Positions 25,743-40,342 are shown, numbered from the stretch's first letter. The stretch is 64,000 nt of DNA from Eledone cirrhosa (GCA_964016885.1 OZ024740.1:114080001-114144000); one strand, 5' to 3'. Numbers and translations are program-made. Notes: generated by a model not told the origin, from the sequence alone.

Positions 25743-25880
25743 GTTTTTGATTCAGGCACAAGGCCAACAATTTTTTGGGGAGGGGAAAGTTGATTAAATC
25801 GACCCCAGTGTGTTACTTGTACTTTATTTTATCGACCCCTTAATGATGAAAGGCAAAGCTAACCAGGACGGGATTCGATC
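25743..25880 (-). mobile_element. SINE copy (Nin/Deu-type)
   Basis: ggcacaaggcc...ttttatcgacccc...gatgaaaggcaaag. Confidence 0.75.
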
Positions 25881-26053
25881 GCATATATATATATATGTAT
25901 GTATGTGTATATATAAGAGTGAAAGCAGCGATTATTTGCTTAAACTTTAATCTGTTATTTTAATAAATATAGGCTCTACGGTTCTTATATATTTGATATA
26001 TAGTTATCCTTATCGAGCCCTCTTTGGATTTTAGTCTTCAATTTTATTATTAT

Positions 26054-26127
<74 letters not shown>

Positions 26128-26369
26128 AAATATATATATATATATATATATATAAATGTGTCTATATTGTATCTGTATTATTTTTGACCGCCGGTCAGTC
26201 AATGGCAACATTGAGGACCGAGTAAGTTAGATCGCAGATATAACAGACAGCGAGAAGCGAAAACCAACCAAACAGTGAGTGTGTTCTGTTATTAATTCTG
26301 GCAATATTACGCAAATATGACCCTCCCCAAATATAAATATATATATATATATGTACATAATGTGACTAC

Positions 26370-27560
26370 ACAGCATATTGTCCGGCGCCCAACCGATATT
26401 ACCAATCCACCCAGAGTCGAATCAGGTACCTCACCAATCTTGAAACACCGACTTTCGAGTGTACCCTGGAAGGATACTCCTTTCCTCCTCAAATTATCCA
26501 GCCTACAGGCGCATGATCATAGTAGGCCCATCCACACCGGCAACACTCACACTCTCCTCCCTCACCTTCTTTTCCAAGAGATCCTTGAAAAGTATTTACA
26601 AATCCATCCCGGATCAGTCTTCCCTCAATCTCTTTCTTACGTCTATGAGGATACGGTCGGTACGCTCCTCACCCATGCATCCCAGGAGCCACCATACTTT
26701 GAGTTCTGGAAATGTGGACTTTGACAGTTGTTTTGCCCATGTAGAACGGGTACATTATTATGCGGTCTCTACTGCAGGGCGCCACCGACTCCTTAATGGC
26801 AAGGGCTCGGTTCTGAACAGCGTCGTGATGGTGTCGAACTCTCTGACCCTTGCTGTCAGTTTTAATTGATTTCAGTGCAGTCTTGACTTCTGTCTGTCTG
26901 GCAAGTTCCACCTTGCGAATCTGCACTGAAATACAGCGAAAATGCAATGTCCTCCTTTCAGTTGCTTCTATCGCTTCGTCCGGTATGGTTAGGTTGGCCA
27001 AGGAATGTTCGCGCTTAATTAATGACTACGCCTGAGCCAACCGTTGCTCTTTGTCTGTAATGTCTACTTAATATTTTTTTTTCTTTTTGCAGCCACTGCT
27101 GCAAATGTACTGTTATTGTTCACTTTGTGGTTGGTAGCGTTGTTGCTGTCTTCATCGTTCAACTTATATTTGGTGTTGTTGTTCTCACTGTTGCAGTTTG
27201 TGTCGGTGGGCTTGGGGTAGTTTTTTGTTGTCGTTTTGGAGTTGAAGTTGGTTGTGTTGTTCTTGGCGAAGTTGGTGTTGTTGTTGTTGTTAGAGTTGAA
27301 GTTGGTTGTGTTGTTCTTGGTGAAGTTGGTGTTGTTGTTGTTAGAGTTGAAGTTGGTTGTGTTGTTCTTTTCGAAGTTGGTGTTGTTGTTGTTAGAGTTG
27401 ATGTTGGTTGTGCTGTTCTTGGTGAAGTTGGTGTTGTTGTTGTTAGAGTTGATGTTGGTTGTGTTGTTCTTGGTGAAGTTGTTGTTGTTCTTGGTGTGGT
27501 TGGTTTTGTTGTTGTTGTTGTTGTTGGTGGTGTTGTTGTTTTATGTTGCTGTCTGTTGTG
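26370..27560 (-). pseudogene. Degenerate ORF1 of a related Tx1 family
   Basis: RTLHFRCISVQIRKVELARQTEVKTAL and MYPFYMGKTTVKVHI resemble ORF1 CTVTYRTVSTKSRMVERATEAQIQKAL and LVPSYCGQKIVRVKL. Confidence 0.65.
27238..27500. repeat. Minisatellite, about 51-54 bp unit, about 5 copies
   Basis: Repeated gagttgaagttggttgtgttgttcttggtgaagttggtgttgttgttgtta. Confidence 0.85.
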
Positions 27561-28135
27561 CCATTATTCATATACAGTTTCATATGCAAATAAGGCTAAC
27601 CAGCCAAATCACATAGGTGACAAAACTATATATTTTCAGCTGTTTCAAATTCCAGCGCTAAGCAAGGGGCAGCATTGTACTGATGACGCTGAGAGTTGGA
27701 CACGCATAGACAATTGTTCTCCACTGCTTCTCATCGCTGGGTTTTCAAAATGTTTATGTATTAAACACACCGTATATCTTTAGATATACGAAATGCACTT
27801 GCATTTATTTATACCGCAATGCGGAAGCTAAATTTTAATTGTGAAAATATATTTAACTAGCTCTGTGCAAAATTTGACCATACTATAATGAGCTACTAGG
27901 TCCTAGAGAGAGTGCATGTGAGACGGAGATAAAGAGACAGAAAGCAAAAGATAATCGCCTCCAGCCACGGATTGCTGGTTTATTTATCGAACTCAACATT
28001 ATGAAAGGCAAAGTTGACCGGCAGCAACTTAACTCGGAACGCGAATGTATGCTGCAAAATATTTTATTTTATGTTTTGACAGCTCCATCACATAAATACA
28101 AATATACATACACACATGCATACATACATGCATAC

Positions 28136-31100
28136 TAGATGAATACTATCTTCGACAGTAATGCCACAACTTCAGTCATGTTGAATAACTGGTTATTCTT
28201 CTGACTATATCTTCTGAAGACACCTTTTATTCGAATTCGTAGAGATATCCGACTAAATACATAATTCATTTTGCAAGGATTTGCTACAAACAGCATGGCT
28301 GAACACAACATCAACAACAAAATAAAGGAAGTACCGAAGATAAATAACAAGGAAGGTAAACAAACTTTATTCAGTTGTAGCTACAGAAGAAACCCAAATT
28401 ATAAATCGCATTTCTCTTGGAGTTGCGAACTTAATAATGATTTATTTAATTGTTATAAAATGGCAAAAAACAATCCCTCCATTGGCTATATGAACAGAAT
28501 GAAATAAGATAAATATTATTAATTGTAAGTCCCCCCACAACAAACATGTTATCAACAACACGTGCTACAGGTCGCCAGGCTACTAGACTTCCTATCATCC
28601 AGGTCGAACAGCGCCTTGAAACAACTATGCCTGCAAGAAACTTGACACCACCATCTAAGTCTACCTCGAATGCTGGGGAAAACACTATCGATAATAATAA
28701 TAATCGAAGAAATAATAATAATAATCGAAAAAATTTGACACCACGTGTACCATTCGAGACTACCTCGATTGATGTGGAAAATACTATCGATAATGATAAT
28801 AATCAAAAGTATAAACAATTCAAATTTTACCTCAACGAAATCTTCCAGAGAGAAATTAATTCATGTATAAATATCTCTCTTGCTCAACGTGTTAAAACGA
28901 CAATGTTTAATGAAAAAAAAAATAATAAATAATGAAATATTACGTGTTATTGAAGAAATAGAGGATGAATAATTACGACGGATAAAAACCCCAACATTTT
29001 GGCAAATCAACACCTTTTTATATGCCTTAACAACGACAGTGAAGCATGATCTTGGTGATAGCAGAGATATTAACAAGAACAGAACACCACCAAAAAAACA
29101 TCATATATAACTAAAGTAGAAAAAAAGATTGCTGAACAACGAAAAACCATAGGATATGTGACAATGCTCCTTACATGCAAACAAACACAAAAAAAACCCA
29201 CTTCTCTCCAACAAAGAGTGAAAAATAAAATAGATACGATGTTTGGTAACAGTAGAACTAGAACTCTTCAATATAAGCTGATCACCCTCAAACAAGAATT
29301 GAGAGCTGTTAGCGAAAAACGCCGATACCTGAAGAAGGTAGATGGGAGAAAAGTGCTTAATAAAAGATTCAGACGAAATCAAACATCAGTCTATAGAGAT
29401 ATGAAGGGCAAAATAATAAGTGTAACTGAGGCCCCATCCCAGAAAGACATAGATTCCTTTTGAAGCAAAATATGAGGTGAAAAGAAGAATTTCAACCAAG
29501 ATGCAGTGTGGCTAAGAGAAATCCGAAAGAACTATTGCTCCTACACTACAACAAAAACATACGAAATAAGTGAGGGTACCCTTGAGACTGTGATAGGAAA
29601 ACTCCAAGATAATAAAACACCAGGAAGAGACATGATTTTCGCTTACTGGTACAAAAAACTGATATTCTATCGGAGGTATCTTACTGACTTCTACCAATCA
29701 GTTCTTAAGGGAGATACACTTATACCAGAATGGTTGTCATTAGCACAAACGTTACTGGTCCCCAAGAACAAAGACACCCACTTGGCAAAAAACTACCGAC
29801 CCATTGCATGCCAGAACCTGATGTATAAGATGTATACAGCCTGCCTGAACCTATTCCTCCAAGATCACTGTGAGAATAATAACATCATCACAGATGAACA
29901 AGCAGCTGGAAAGAAAGGGATTTGGGATGTGCTGAACAAATCCTAATCAACAAAACAGCGATGTTGTAGGTGCGACAACTTAGGAAGAATATGGCTACAG
30001 TCTGGTTGGAATACAGGAAATCTTTCGATTATGTTCCCCACTCTTGGATGATAGAGGCCCTCCAACTTGCTAAAGTGCCAGACATTATTGTCAGAGCCAT
30101 AGAGAGGCTGTCTTCTTCTTGGGTTAATATCCTAAAGTTAAAGACAGAGAGGGAGGACTCTATTTTCACTGATAAAATAAAATATTGCAGGGGTATATTT
30201 CAGGGAGACAGTCTCTCTGTGGTATTATTCATCTTGTCATTAAACCCCTTATCATTTCTGCTCAATAAATGTGAGGGATACATCATTGGCTCACAGGAGG
30301 AGAGAAATATGAACCTAATCCATAATTTTTTTGTGGACGATCTGAAACTCTATGCCAAGAACATGGATGGGATGAAGAAAAGTCTTGACCTGGTTACAAC
30401 GTTCTCAAAGGATATAGGAATGGAGTTTGGCCAAGATAAATGCTCAAACATGACTGTAAAGCGGGGAAAAACAACAACCCAATCTAGAAACATTATGATC
30501 AATGGCCTAACTGTTTCACCGATATCTCATGAGGACTGCTACAGATACCTGCGGATAGATGAGAACATATCCTATAATGGTATCTGTAATAAAGAACGCG
30601 TAACCAGGGAATACTACACCCGATTAAGAAAAATATGATCATAGGAACTCTCTGCGCAAAACAAAACAGTGGCTCACAATGTGTTTGCTGTGCCTGTCAT
30701 AACACCAATGTTTGGAATACTCAATTGGACGATAGACGAAATCCAGGCAGTTGATGTTGGAACTTGAAAAATACTAAACAACACCGGAAACCTCCACATT
30801 AACAGTGACACAGACCGCCTTTACTTGAAACGTAAGCAGGGAGGCAGAGGCCTAACATCAGTCCAGACAGCATTTGAATGTCGCATCATATCCCTCCGAC
30901 AACATCTACAAACCTCAAAGCGTAGGAGCCCGTCTCTCGAGCAAGTCTATTTGCATGAAGCAGTTAAGATCATGAGAGTTGGGAAGAAACTCCTCGAGAG
31001 TTATTCCCTGTGATAATCAAAAACTCACACCCAGGGAAGTCGCTCAGCAGTATCGCAGTGAATCCATGGATGAAATACTGCATACTTATCAACAAAAAAT

Positions 31101-32120
31101 CATGCATGTATATGTTGCCAGGAAGCTCCAGAGTGAGAGTAATATAGATATAGAAAGTATTCTATCTTGGACCAACAATCGTTCTATTGGCTCCCACTTT
31201 GAAGGATACACTTTTGCAATCCATGAACAGGAGATTAACACGAAATACCTGATTCACAAATGAGATAGGGATGCAGGCAAAACACCTAGATGTGATAACA
31301 AGTGCAGACTCTGCAGAACTAACATCGAGGATATCACCGATGTCATCAGCAGCTGTCCAAAGATGTCATGGCGGTACTATCTACCTATGAGGCATGATGT
31401 GGTTGCCAAAACACTGTACAATGCAGTTCGTAAAAAAGATAGCCCCGATAATAAACACATTAAAAGCTACAACAATGTGGAAGACATCCATGTATATAAT
31501 ATGAAAGAATACTGGTGGAATGTTCCAGTTAAAACCCCAATAAAATACAGGCATAACAGACCAGATATTATGATATGGGACAGGGAGAAGAAAGCATGCA
31601 CAGTAGTGGAAATTTGCTGCCCAGCAGATGCCAATATAGTATCAAAGATTAGTGAAAAGGTGAATATTTATGCAGAACTGATGAGAAATCTGCCGATACT
31701 CCACCCTGATGACACCTTCAGATTTATGCCTGTGATTATTGGGGCACTGGGATATGTTAGTAATTGCCTCAATACAAATCTTGAGAAGCTAGGTTTCACA
31801 GGAACAGAAAGAACACAACTAGTTAGGAAATTACAAGTACAATCCATTAATGGAACAGTAAAATTATGTAAAACATTCCAAAGATTTTGCATCTAATAAC
31901 TGCATATACACATGTACAGATGCAAAGCATATATACATGCACACATATAACTCAAAACGTACACATCTATACATACAATAACATCCATCTCTACACAAGC
32001 ATACATACATATCTACCTAGTTGATGTTGTATAAATTCCAATGAGAGAGTCTTGTGTCTATGTTAGAAACCCACTCTCTCTCTATTGGTAAAGCTTTGTG
32101 AAATTATAAAACCAGAAGAA
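28136..32120 (+). mobile_element. Degenerate full-length R4/Dong-type LINE, family C, in (CATA)n
   Basis: NYRPIAC, GIFQGDSLS, FVDD, CRLC, RHD and RPD motifs across broken ORFs 28271-31896; CATA repeats on both flanks. Confidence 0.88.
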
Positions 32121-33050
32121 CATACATATATACATGCTTACATACATAATACATACATACAAAATACATACATACCTACATAAATACATTCATAATACAT
32201 ATATAACATATTCATACCTACCTACATACATACATACATACATACATACATACATACATACATACATACATACATACATACATACATACATACTTAGATG
32301 CGGACGGACAGACAGATACGTAATTTACGAAGTAGTTCTCACACACACGTATATATTCCATTTCAATTGATACATTAACTTAAATGATTCCATCCACAAT
32401 ATCTAGTCATTTACAAGGAACTGCAATATTTATGTTATTGACCTCAATTGTCTGTGTCAATGATTATATTCGAAGACAAAAGGTAATTTTTGTTCGATGC
32501 ATTCCACGAATCTTTTATTCTTACTCTGTTCTTTTCATCAACAGTAGTTTCTGATCACCTGCCAAACGGAGATTTCTACTAAAATTTTAGCAAATTATTT
32601 ATCAAGCAGCATAAGCATTATGAAACCAATTCTTTAGAAACGAAATCTAATAATAAAAACCATTCCGGTTCAACCATGCCTATCATTCAATTTCGCTGAA
32701 TCTCCCAGTGGAAAATCTGACATCAACAAAGCCAACGCTCCGGATATCATTGCCGGTGTAGTTTTAAAAATGCTTCTTTTCAAAGTCTTTCATTCTCATT
32801 CTTTTGCCAAGGCTCCCGTTGCTTGCCTTCTATATTCTTCAACTACTTATATTGTGACAGTGAACATTTAGTTGTGAACTTAATGGAAAATAGTCTATTT
32901 GGTTTGTTCCCTGAAGGAAAAATAAACCTATAAGTTGCTTCGAAACTAGCTTTTGAAATGAATGTCTCTCGCAATCGAAATTACTGCTTGTTGAAAAATT
33001 ACATTATAATTGAATTCTCAACAAGAAGCTGTGACAACTTCGTTCGTTAA

Positions 33051-33124
<74 letters not shown>

Positions 33125-33140
33125 AGTATGTATGTATGTG

Positions 33141-33183
<43 letters not shown>

Positions 33184-33289
33184 CTATGTGGTATCTAAAA
33201 TACAGTTACAACGTTAGATTCTTCTATCTGTTGAGATAATGAGTCTAAAAAGAAGCTGAAGATAGTTTAATGAAGATGAGTAAGCAATC

Positions 33290-34200
33290 TCAAACGTAGT
33301 AATCTTGTAATGTGTTGTAGCAATAAACTGGTAGATTCTATTGTTGTTGCTGAACCCCAGGTCCTCTTTGTGTGTGCAAAATTCTGCTCGAAGTCATTCC
33401 ATGAATGACAATCCCTTCTTTTATTGAGACATAATTTAAGAGAAATCATGTTAATATGTTCTTTTTTAATACAGTAAGTTGAATTTTCAGGAAAATGTAT
33501 CTTCTATTCCTAGTAAGTTGGACAATGATGCAAAAATGCTTTGTTGAGTTATCCTTATTACTTTAACACTCAGACTTAATGCTCTCAGTGTTAAACCCTC
33601 GGTTATGCTGTTTAATGATTTCTATAATTAACTATCCCATGAGGATTTCCTCACACTTATAAGATTTCTGTTTACTCTTATCTTCCGTATGATTGTGTTA
33701 TTTAACCTGTATTACCAACTAACTATGACAAGTTTAGCCAATAATAGTAATTTGGGTAACAAAAAAAAAACAGAAGGTCTAATAGTTTGTCATATTTTGT
33801 TACTGTTAGAAGAATAGTGGTAGATATAATCAGTCTGTCAATTGAATAACATCACCTAATCCTCATTTACTTTTACCTGACTCAACCCCGTTGCAAACAT
33901 TCAAGGTAAACTTCCGGTACATCACATTCCCATCATTTCATCAATCGTGGAGGCCTTTAAAAAGGTGATTGACACAGCTCTTCTTCGACTGACCGCTATT
34001 TCAGACAAGGTTATTAATAATAGAAAATCTATATTAGGTTTATATAAATTCCACTATATTCAAACTCTGTCATACATGTATTAGATATCAAGATCCCACA
34101 CGTCCTTGCACTTCAGCAATGTAATTAAGCACCTATTCTTGTCAGAATACCCTATAAATGTTTCATTGTTAGATATTTTTATAATTATATTCTATATGTG
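33290..34200 (-). pseudogene. Possible highly degraded Penelope-like RT remnant
   Basis: Only weak motif echoes (VMYRKFT resembling VYRKPT; TDYIYHYSSN). Confidence 0.3.
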
Positions 34201-35184
34201 ACATTAGAATGGCGTGTGTGGCCTATTCAGAAGTTAATAAGCCGCTGCTTTATACCAGTATACTAACACCCACTAACACCTCCTTCACCACACACACACA
34301 CTCATCCAAACAGGCACACACACACCAGTACACTACACTCCCTCCATCCCCACCCCCACTCCTCCATCTCCCCACTCCACCCACACCCCTTCACACACAC
34401 ACATCCCACTAACACATCTACTGATACACACACCCTCCCCACTCCACCTTTCACACCTACCCATCCTCTCCCCTGTCCACCGCACCATCGCACACACTGA
34501 CACCCCGACTTTCTCCACCTGCCATTCTCCCCTACTGCTGCTATGACCTGAATCTCTGACCACCTCTCCGCACACACAGACACACAACCCTCCTCCTGCC
34601 TTGACCCTCTGACCAATTGGACATCGCTCCCACGAATCAACTCCATCACAAGGAAATTATCCGGCAACCCACCACATCCTCTACGGAACTACCTTAGGAA
34701 CTTACCCACGGACATGCACTCACAATAATCTTTTTTCCTACACGCCACCTACATCCACAATACGTATAAACACCACACACACGTGCGTACCACCACATAT
34801 TTACACACTCAGCATCCGGAATCCTCCCCTCCCTCCCCATCCATACACGCACACACCCACCGATCTATACCCCACCCACACACACCTTTTCCTGAACATG
34901 CAACACCGTTCTTCCCCCAACTCTCACATTCACATACACACACACACACACACACCACCTTCAGCCCTCCCCGCTCAGACACCCCGCCTCCCTCTCCCCA
35001 CTCAACCCGCCACCACCCCTATACGCCCCACACCCTTCCACCACTTGTTTAACTTCATGTTTATTTTTATTTTTATTATGCTTTTATATTTATTTTCATT
35101 TGTACCGTTTCCTCTCACCCGTTTTTTTCTAAATGTCTCTCCCCCACTCCCTTACACACCCTTGGAACTCTCTTCCCACACACT

Positions 35185-35225
35185 TTTCGCCTGAAGAATG
35201 GCTTATGCCCGAAACGTCGTTCCCC
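35185..35225 (+). ncRNA. Degenerate minimal hammerhead ribozyme in a pLTR-like segment
   Basis: CTGAAGA-at-ggc ttat gcc-c-GAAA-cg-TC with palindromic acgt stem III; stem I pairs poorly. Confidence 0.45.
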
Positions 35226-35401
35226 ACCAACAACCCACTCTCAAGAGCGTGAAACTCATAAACCTTTGTTCATACTGCCTCTCTGCTTTGTTCCCGTTCA
35301 ATTTTTCACTATATATATTTATATACATATATATATAAATGAAGTAATTCCGTCGGAAAAGTCCAGGAAAAAAGAGTGCTCTATCTAGGTAACAGAGCTT
35401 A

Positions 35402-35640
35402 ATAGTTATGTAATAAACAACATAAGGCAATTATTCCATTTACCAGTGGTTTCTTAAAAGCAAAAAATGTTGCTTTCAATCATCAGACTGAAAAAATCCC
35501 GGTGTATATATTGATATTGGATTCTAAAAACAAAAATGCAATCTATATGAAAGTGAGGCTGGAGAAGGAAGAAGGAAAGGAAAAAATAAAATAAAAACAC
35601 AAATGCAAACACACACACACACACACACAATTATATACAT

Positions 35641-35689
<49 letters not shown>

Positions 35690-36159
35690 CAACCACACAC
35701 AGATATATACCCTTATATATATAGAAATAGAAATATATATATATATGCATACACATACACATACATATCCATACACACATACATATACATACATATATAC
35801 ATACACACAATGATACGTATATACACACGTACATACATACACATACATAAATGCATACATATGCATGCACAAAATTAGAAAAATATACACACACCTCTAC
35901 ACACGCAAATAAATATAAGAAAAAAAAAAAAAATAATGAAAGAAAATAAAGACTATTATAAAGTTGACAGCGATACAGGCAACAAATAAATGAACATACA
36001 CACGTGGTAAGCAATACACACAAATGCACGTACACATACATACGTAAAAATAAATACATACACACACCCTCACACATAAATATACATATACAAATACATA
36101 AACACATACATACGCATACACAAATACATACACACACACACACACACACATACATATAT

Positions 36160-36236
<77 letters not shown>

Positions 36237-36320
36237 TATATACACACATACATACATAGCCATACAATTATACACATACAAATACGTACATATCACAAAC
36301 ACGCACAACCAAATACAAAT

Positions 36321-36392
<72 letters not shown>

Positions 36393-36602
36393 CTCATTCT
36401 TAGATAATTCATATGAACCTTATTTAACTCTAAAATATACATATATATAAATATATATATACACATACACATAGATACACATACATACTTACTAACATAC
36501 ACGTATATACCTACACACACATATATACATACACATACGTATGCATACGTACACACACATACACACACACACATATACACATACATATACATATATAACT
36601 CA

Positions 36603-36643
<41 letters not shown>

Positions 36644-36688
36644 TTAATTTAAAAAAAAATTTTTTTTTTTAAGTTTTCTTATTTTACG

Positions 36689-36762
<74 letters not shown>

Positions 36763-36976
36763 AAGAACATGAATATTATAAAATAAATATTTTATATATA
36801 AAAAAAATTTGAATACGACAAATAATAAATAAAAATATATATATATTTATAAAAGGGTATAAATGCCCATAGCAGACCTAGAGCACTCAACAAATTCATG
36901 GAGCAAAAGATCAATGAAAATAATCATCAAATCACTATATATAATGATACAAATACATACACCCTTATACATATAT

Positions 36977-37045
<69 letters not shown>

Positions 37046-37114
37046 TAAATATATATACATACACACACACACACAAAACCCCAACCACAGAAATACAAAC
37101 ACACATACAAAAAC

Positions 37115-37155
<41 letters not shown>

Positions 37156-38485
37156 TAGGAAAAAGCTTGACCCTACGGCAGAGCTCAAGCCTTTTCTGAG
37201 GTTATTATATAAAAACACACAAAACCAATATATAAAAAATTATTATATAAAAAATTAATATCTAAAAATAAAAAAATGTATGTATGTGAAGGGTAAGGCA
37301 AAAAAATAGGGGGGAAAAACAGGGGGGGGGGAAATGACATAGGAAAAGGTTAAATATAAGGGGAGATAAGGGAGAAAGACAATACAAGAGTACTGAACGT
37401 GGAATCAGCAGGTAAAAAACCGTAGTAGAAGTAAAGAGCAGAGAAGGAGTTCAAGGCGGAATGTCAATCCAGTTACAGATCAGGTGTGATTTCAGATGAG
37501 GACAACATCTGAAGATCTCGGTCTTTGAGTTCAGGCAAGCAGAAGTGGCTTTCAAGTTTAGCAAAATCCTATATTTTCTATATTTTCCTCCTTATCATAG
37601 ATATTATAAGATATTTAATAGGAACGTAGTTAAGATCAGTTACTCTTGTTGCCCATCTATGAAGTCCAAGATAGCTAATTCAAATCATACGAGAACAAAT
37701 CCAGGATGCAGTTGCAGGAAGCCGGATGAATGCTCATTGCAGGGCAAATGTAACACCAAACCTGCTGTTTATGAGGCTAAAATAACACCTTTAATCAACA
37801 ACCAGCCAGCCTGGAGTGAGCGATATGTCGGCATGACCCAGGACAGGTTTAAAACCAGGTTTTACTCACATGTCGCTTCTTTTAAGCACTCCGATAAACG
37901 AACAACAACGGCCCTCGCAAGTAAGGTGTGGGAATTCAAGGATAATAACATCCCGTACTCTATCGAGTGGTCTATTTTAGACCATTCAAGGGAGTACCAA
38001 AGGGGCACAAAGAATTGTTCTTTGTGTACCACATAACAAGTATTGTTCTTTGTGTACCAGATAAATATATATTGCTAAATTTGAAAGCCACTTCTGCTTG
38101 CCTGAACTCAAAGACCGAGATCTTCAGATGTTGTCCTCATCTGAAATCACATCTGATCTGTAACTGGATTGACATTCCTATGATAACACAACCGCCTTGA
38201 ACTCCTTCTCTGCTCTTTACTTCTACTACGGTTTCTTGACCTGCTGATTCCACGTTCTGTACTCTTGTATTGTCCTTCTCCCTTATCTCCCCTTATATAT
38301 AACCTTTTCCTATGTCATTTTCCCCTCTCCTTTTCCCCCCTATTTGTTGGCCTTACCCTTCACATACAACATTTTTTTTTATTTTTAGATATTAATTTTT
38401 TATATATTGGTTTTGTGTGTTTTTATATAATAGCCTCAGAAAAGACTTGAGCTCTGCCGTAGGATCAGGCTTTTTCCTATGTGTG

Positions 38486-38542
<57 letters not shown>

Positions 38543-38841
38543 AGTTATATATGTATATGTATGTGTATATGTGTGTGTGTGTGTGTCTGTGTGTGTACGT
38601 ATGCATACGTATGTGTATGTATATACGTGTATGTTAATAAGTATGTATGTGTATGTATGTGTATGTGTATAAATATATTTATATATATATGTATATTTTA
38701 GAGTTAAATAAGGTTCATATGAATTATCTATGAGTTTTACACACACATATATATATATATATATATGTGTGTGTTTGTATTTGGTTGTGCATGTTTGTGA
38801 TATGTACCTATTTGTATGTGTATAGTTGTATGGCTATGTAT

Positions 38842-38897
<56 letters not shown>

Positions 38898-38972
38898 AAC
38901 AAAGTATAACAGTATCGGTTTCAACACACGGTTTCAGATAAAGAATCTTGCTAAACAAGTTCAGAAACGATA

Positions 38973-39023
<51 letters not shown>

Positions 39024-39578
39024 ATGTATATGTGTGTGTATATATGTATATGTGTGTGTGTGTATGTATTTGTGTATGCGTATGTATGTGTTTATGTATT
39101 TGTGTGTATTGCTTACCACGGGTGTTTGTTCATTTATGTGTTGCCTGAATCGCTGTCAATTTTATAATAGTCTTTATTTTCTTTTATTATTTTATATATA
39201 TTTTTTCTTATATTTATTTGGGTGTGTGAATATGTATAGGTGAGTGTATATTTTTCTAATTTTGTGCATGCATATGTATGCATTTATGTATGTGTATGTA
39301 TGTACGTGTGTATATACGTACGAGTGTGTGTATGTATATATGTATGTATATGTATGTGTGTATGGCTATGTATGTGTATGTGTATGCATATATATATATA
39401 TATATATATTTATATTTCTATATATATATGGGTATATATGTGTGTGTATGTATGTATATATGTATGTGTATGTATGGATATGTTGATATTTATGTGTGTA
39501 TGTATGTATGAGTATATGTATGTGTATGTATATATATACACATATATATGTGTATATGTGTGTGTGTATCTATGAGTG

Positions 39579-39625
<47 letters not shown>

Positions 39626-39858
39626 ATAATTGTTTGTGTGTGTGTGTGTGTGTTTGCATGTGTGTTGTTATTTTATTTTTCCTTTCCTTCTTCCTTCTCC
39701 AGCCTCACTTTCATATAGATTGCATTTTTGTTTTTAGAATCCAATATCAATAAATACACCGGGATTTTTCATTCTGATAATTGAAAGCAAAATATTTTGC
39801 TTTTAAGAAACCACTGGTAAATGGAATAATTGCCTTATGTTGTTTATTACATAACTAT
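35402..39858. mobile_element. Truncated Penelope-like element inside about 2-kb inverted arms (35402-37570 and 38068-39858)
   Basis: Unique segments of the arms are reverse complements, e.g. 35402-35600 vs 39660-39858 and 37157-37570 vs 38068-38480. Confidence 0.88.
37600..38200 (+). pseudogene. C-terminal GIY-YIG endonuclease fragment of a Penelope-like element
   Basis: KIFNRNVVKISYSC, CSCR..C...GKC, VYEA..YVG, RFYSH, CSLC and LNSKTEIFRCCPH; frameshift at about 38035. Confidence 0.85.
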
Positions 39859-40018
39859 ATATATATATAAATAAATATACACGGGTGTGTATGATTGTGT
39901 ATAGAAGATTATATTAATAAAAGGAATTCCAACTTTGTCTGATTTACTCGTTTTATTTACAATCCTTTAAAATTATAATGAAATAGTATGGTAGAATATT
40001 AAATGTTAAGTGTTACTT

Positions 40019-40055
40019 GAACAAGTACTTTCTAGCTTTCGCAATCTTCAGGTTC
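40019..40055 (-). ncRNA. Minimal type I hammerhead ribozyme
   Basis: gaac-CTGAAGA-ttgc gaaa gcta-GAAA-gtac-TT-gttc; stem I gaac/gttc; palindromic agtact stem III. Confidence 0.65.
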
Positions 40056-40158
40056 ATATTCTGTGGTGACAGTAAAGTTTGCAATGTTCAACTATGTTGA
40101 AAGTTGAAAAGTGTGTTGACAGTTGAAAATTGCAAACTTGACTGTCATCACAGAATAT

Positions 40159-40195
40159 GAAGCTGAAGATTGCGAAAGCACGAAAGTACTTGTTC
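40159..40195 (+). ncRNA. Minimal type I hammerhead ribozyme
   Basis: gaag-CTGAAGA-ttgc gaaa gcac-GAAA-gtac-TT-gttc; one stem I mismatch. Confidence 0.6.
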
Positions 40196-40310
40196 AATTA
40201 ACACTTAATATTTAATATTCTACCATACTACTTCATTATAATACCATTATAATTTTAAAGGATTGTAAATAAAACGAGTAACTCAGACATATTTGGAATT
40301 CCTTTTATTA

Positions 40311-40342
<32 letters not shown>

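Larger units (their letters stand above)
39911..40314. mobile_element. Non-coding fold-back element of two inverted pLTR-like arms
   Basis: Arms 39911-40093 and 40121-40314 are reverse complements; each carries a hammerhead; TA-rich flanks. Confidence 0.85.

Noticed and set aside
27238-27500. Regularly spaced repeats resembling a CRISPR array
   Set aside because: No unique spacers and no cas genes; it is a minisatellite in a LINE ORF1 low-complexity region.
29461-31263. Repeated in-frame TGA codons in LINE ORFs, suggesting selenocysteine or an alternative code
   Set aside because: They fall at Trp/Arg positions, coexist with TAG stops and frameshifts, and are not at Cys sites; ordinary decay explains them.
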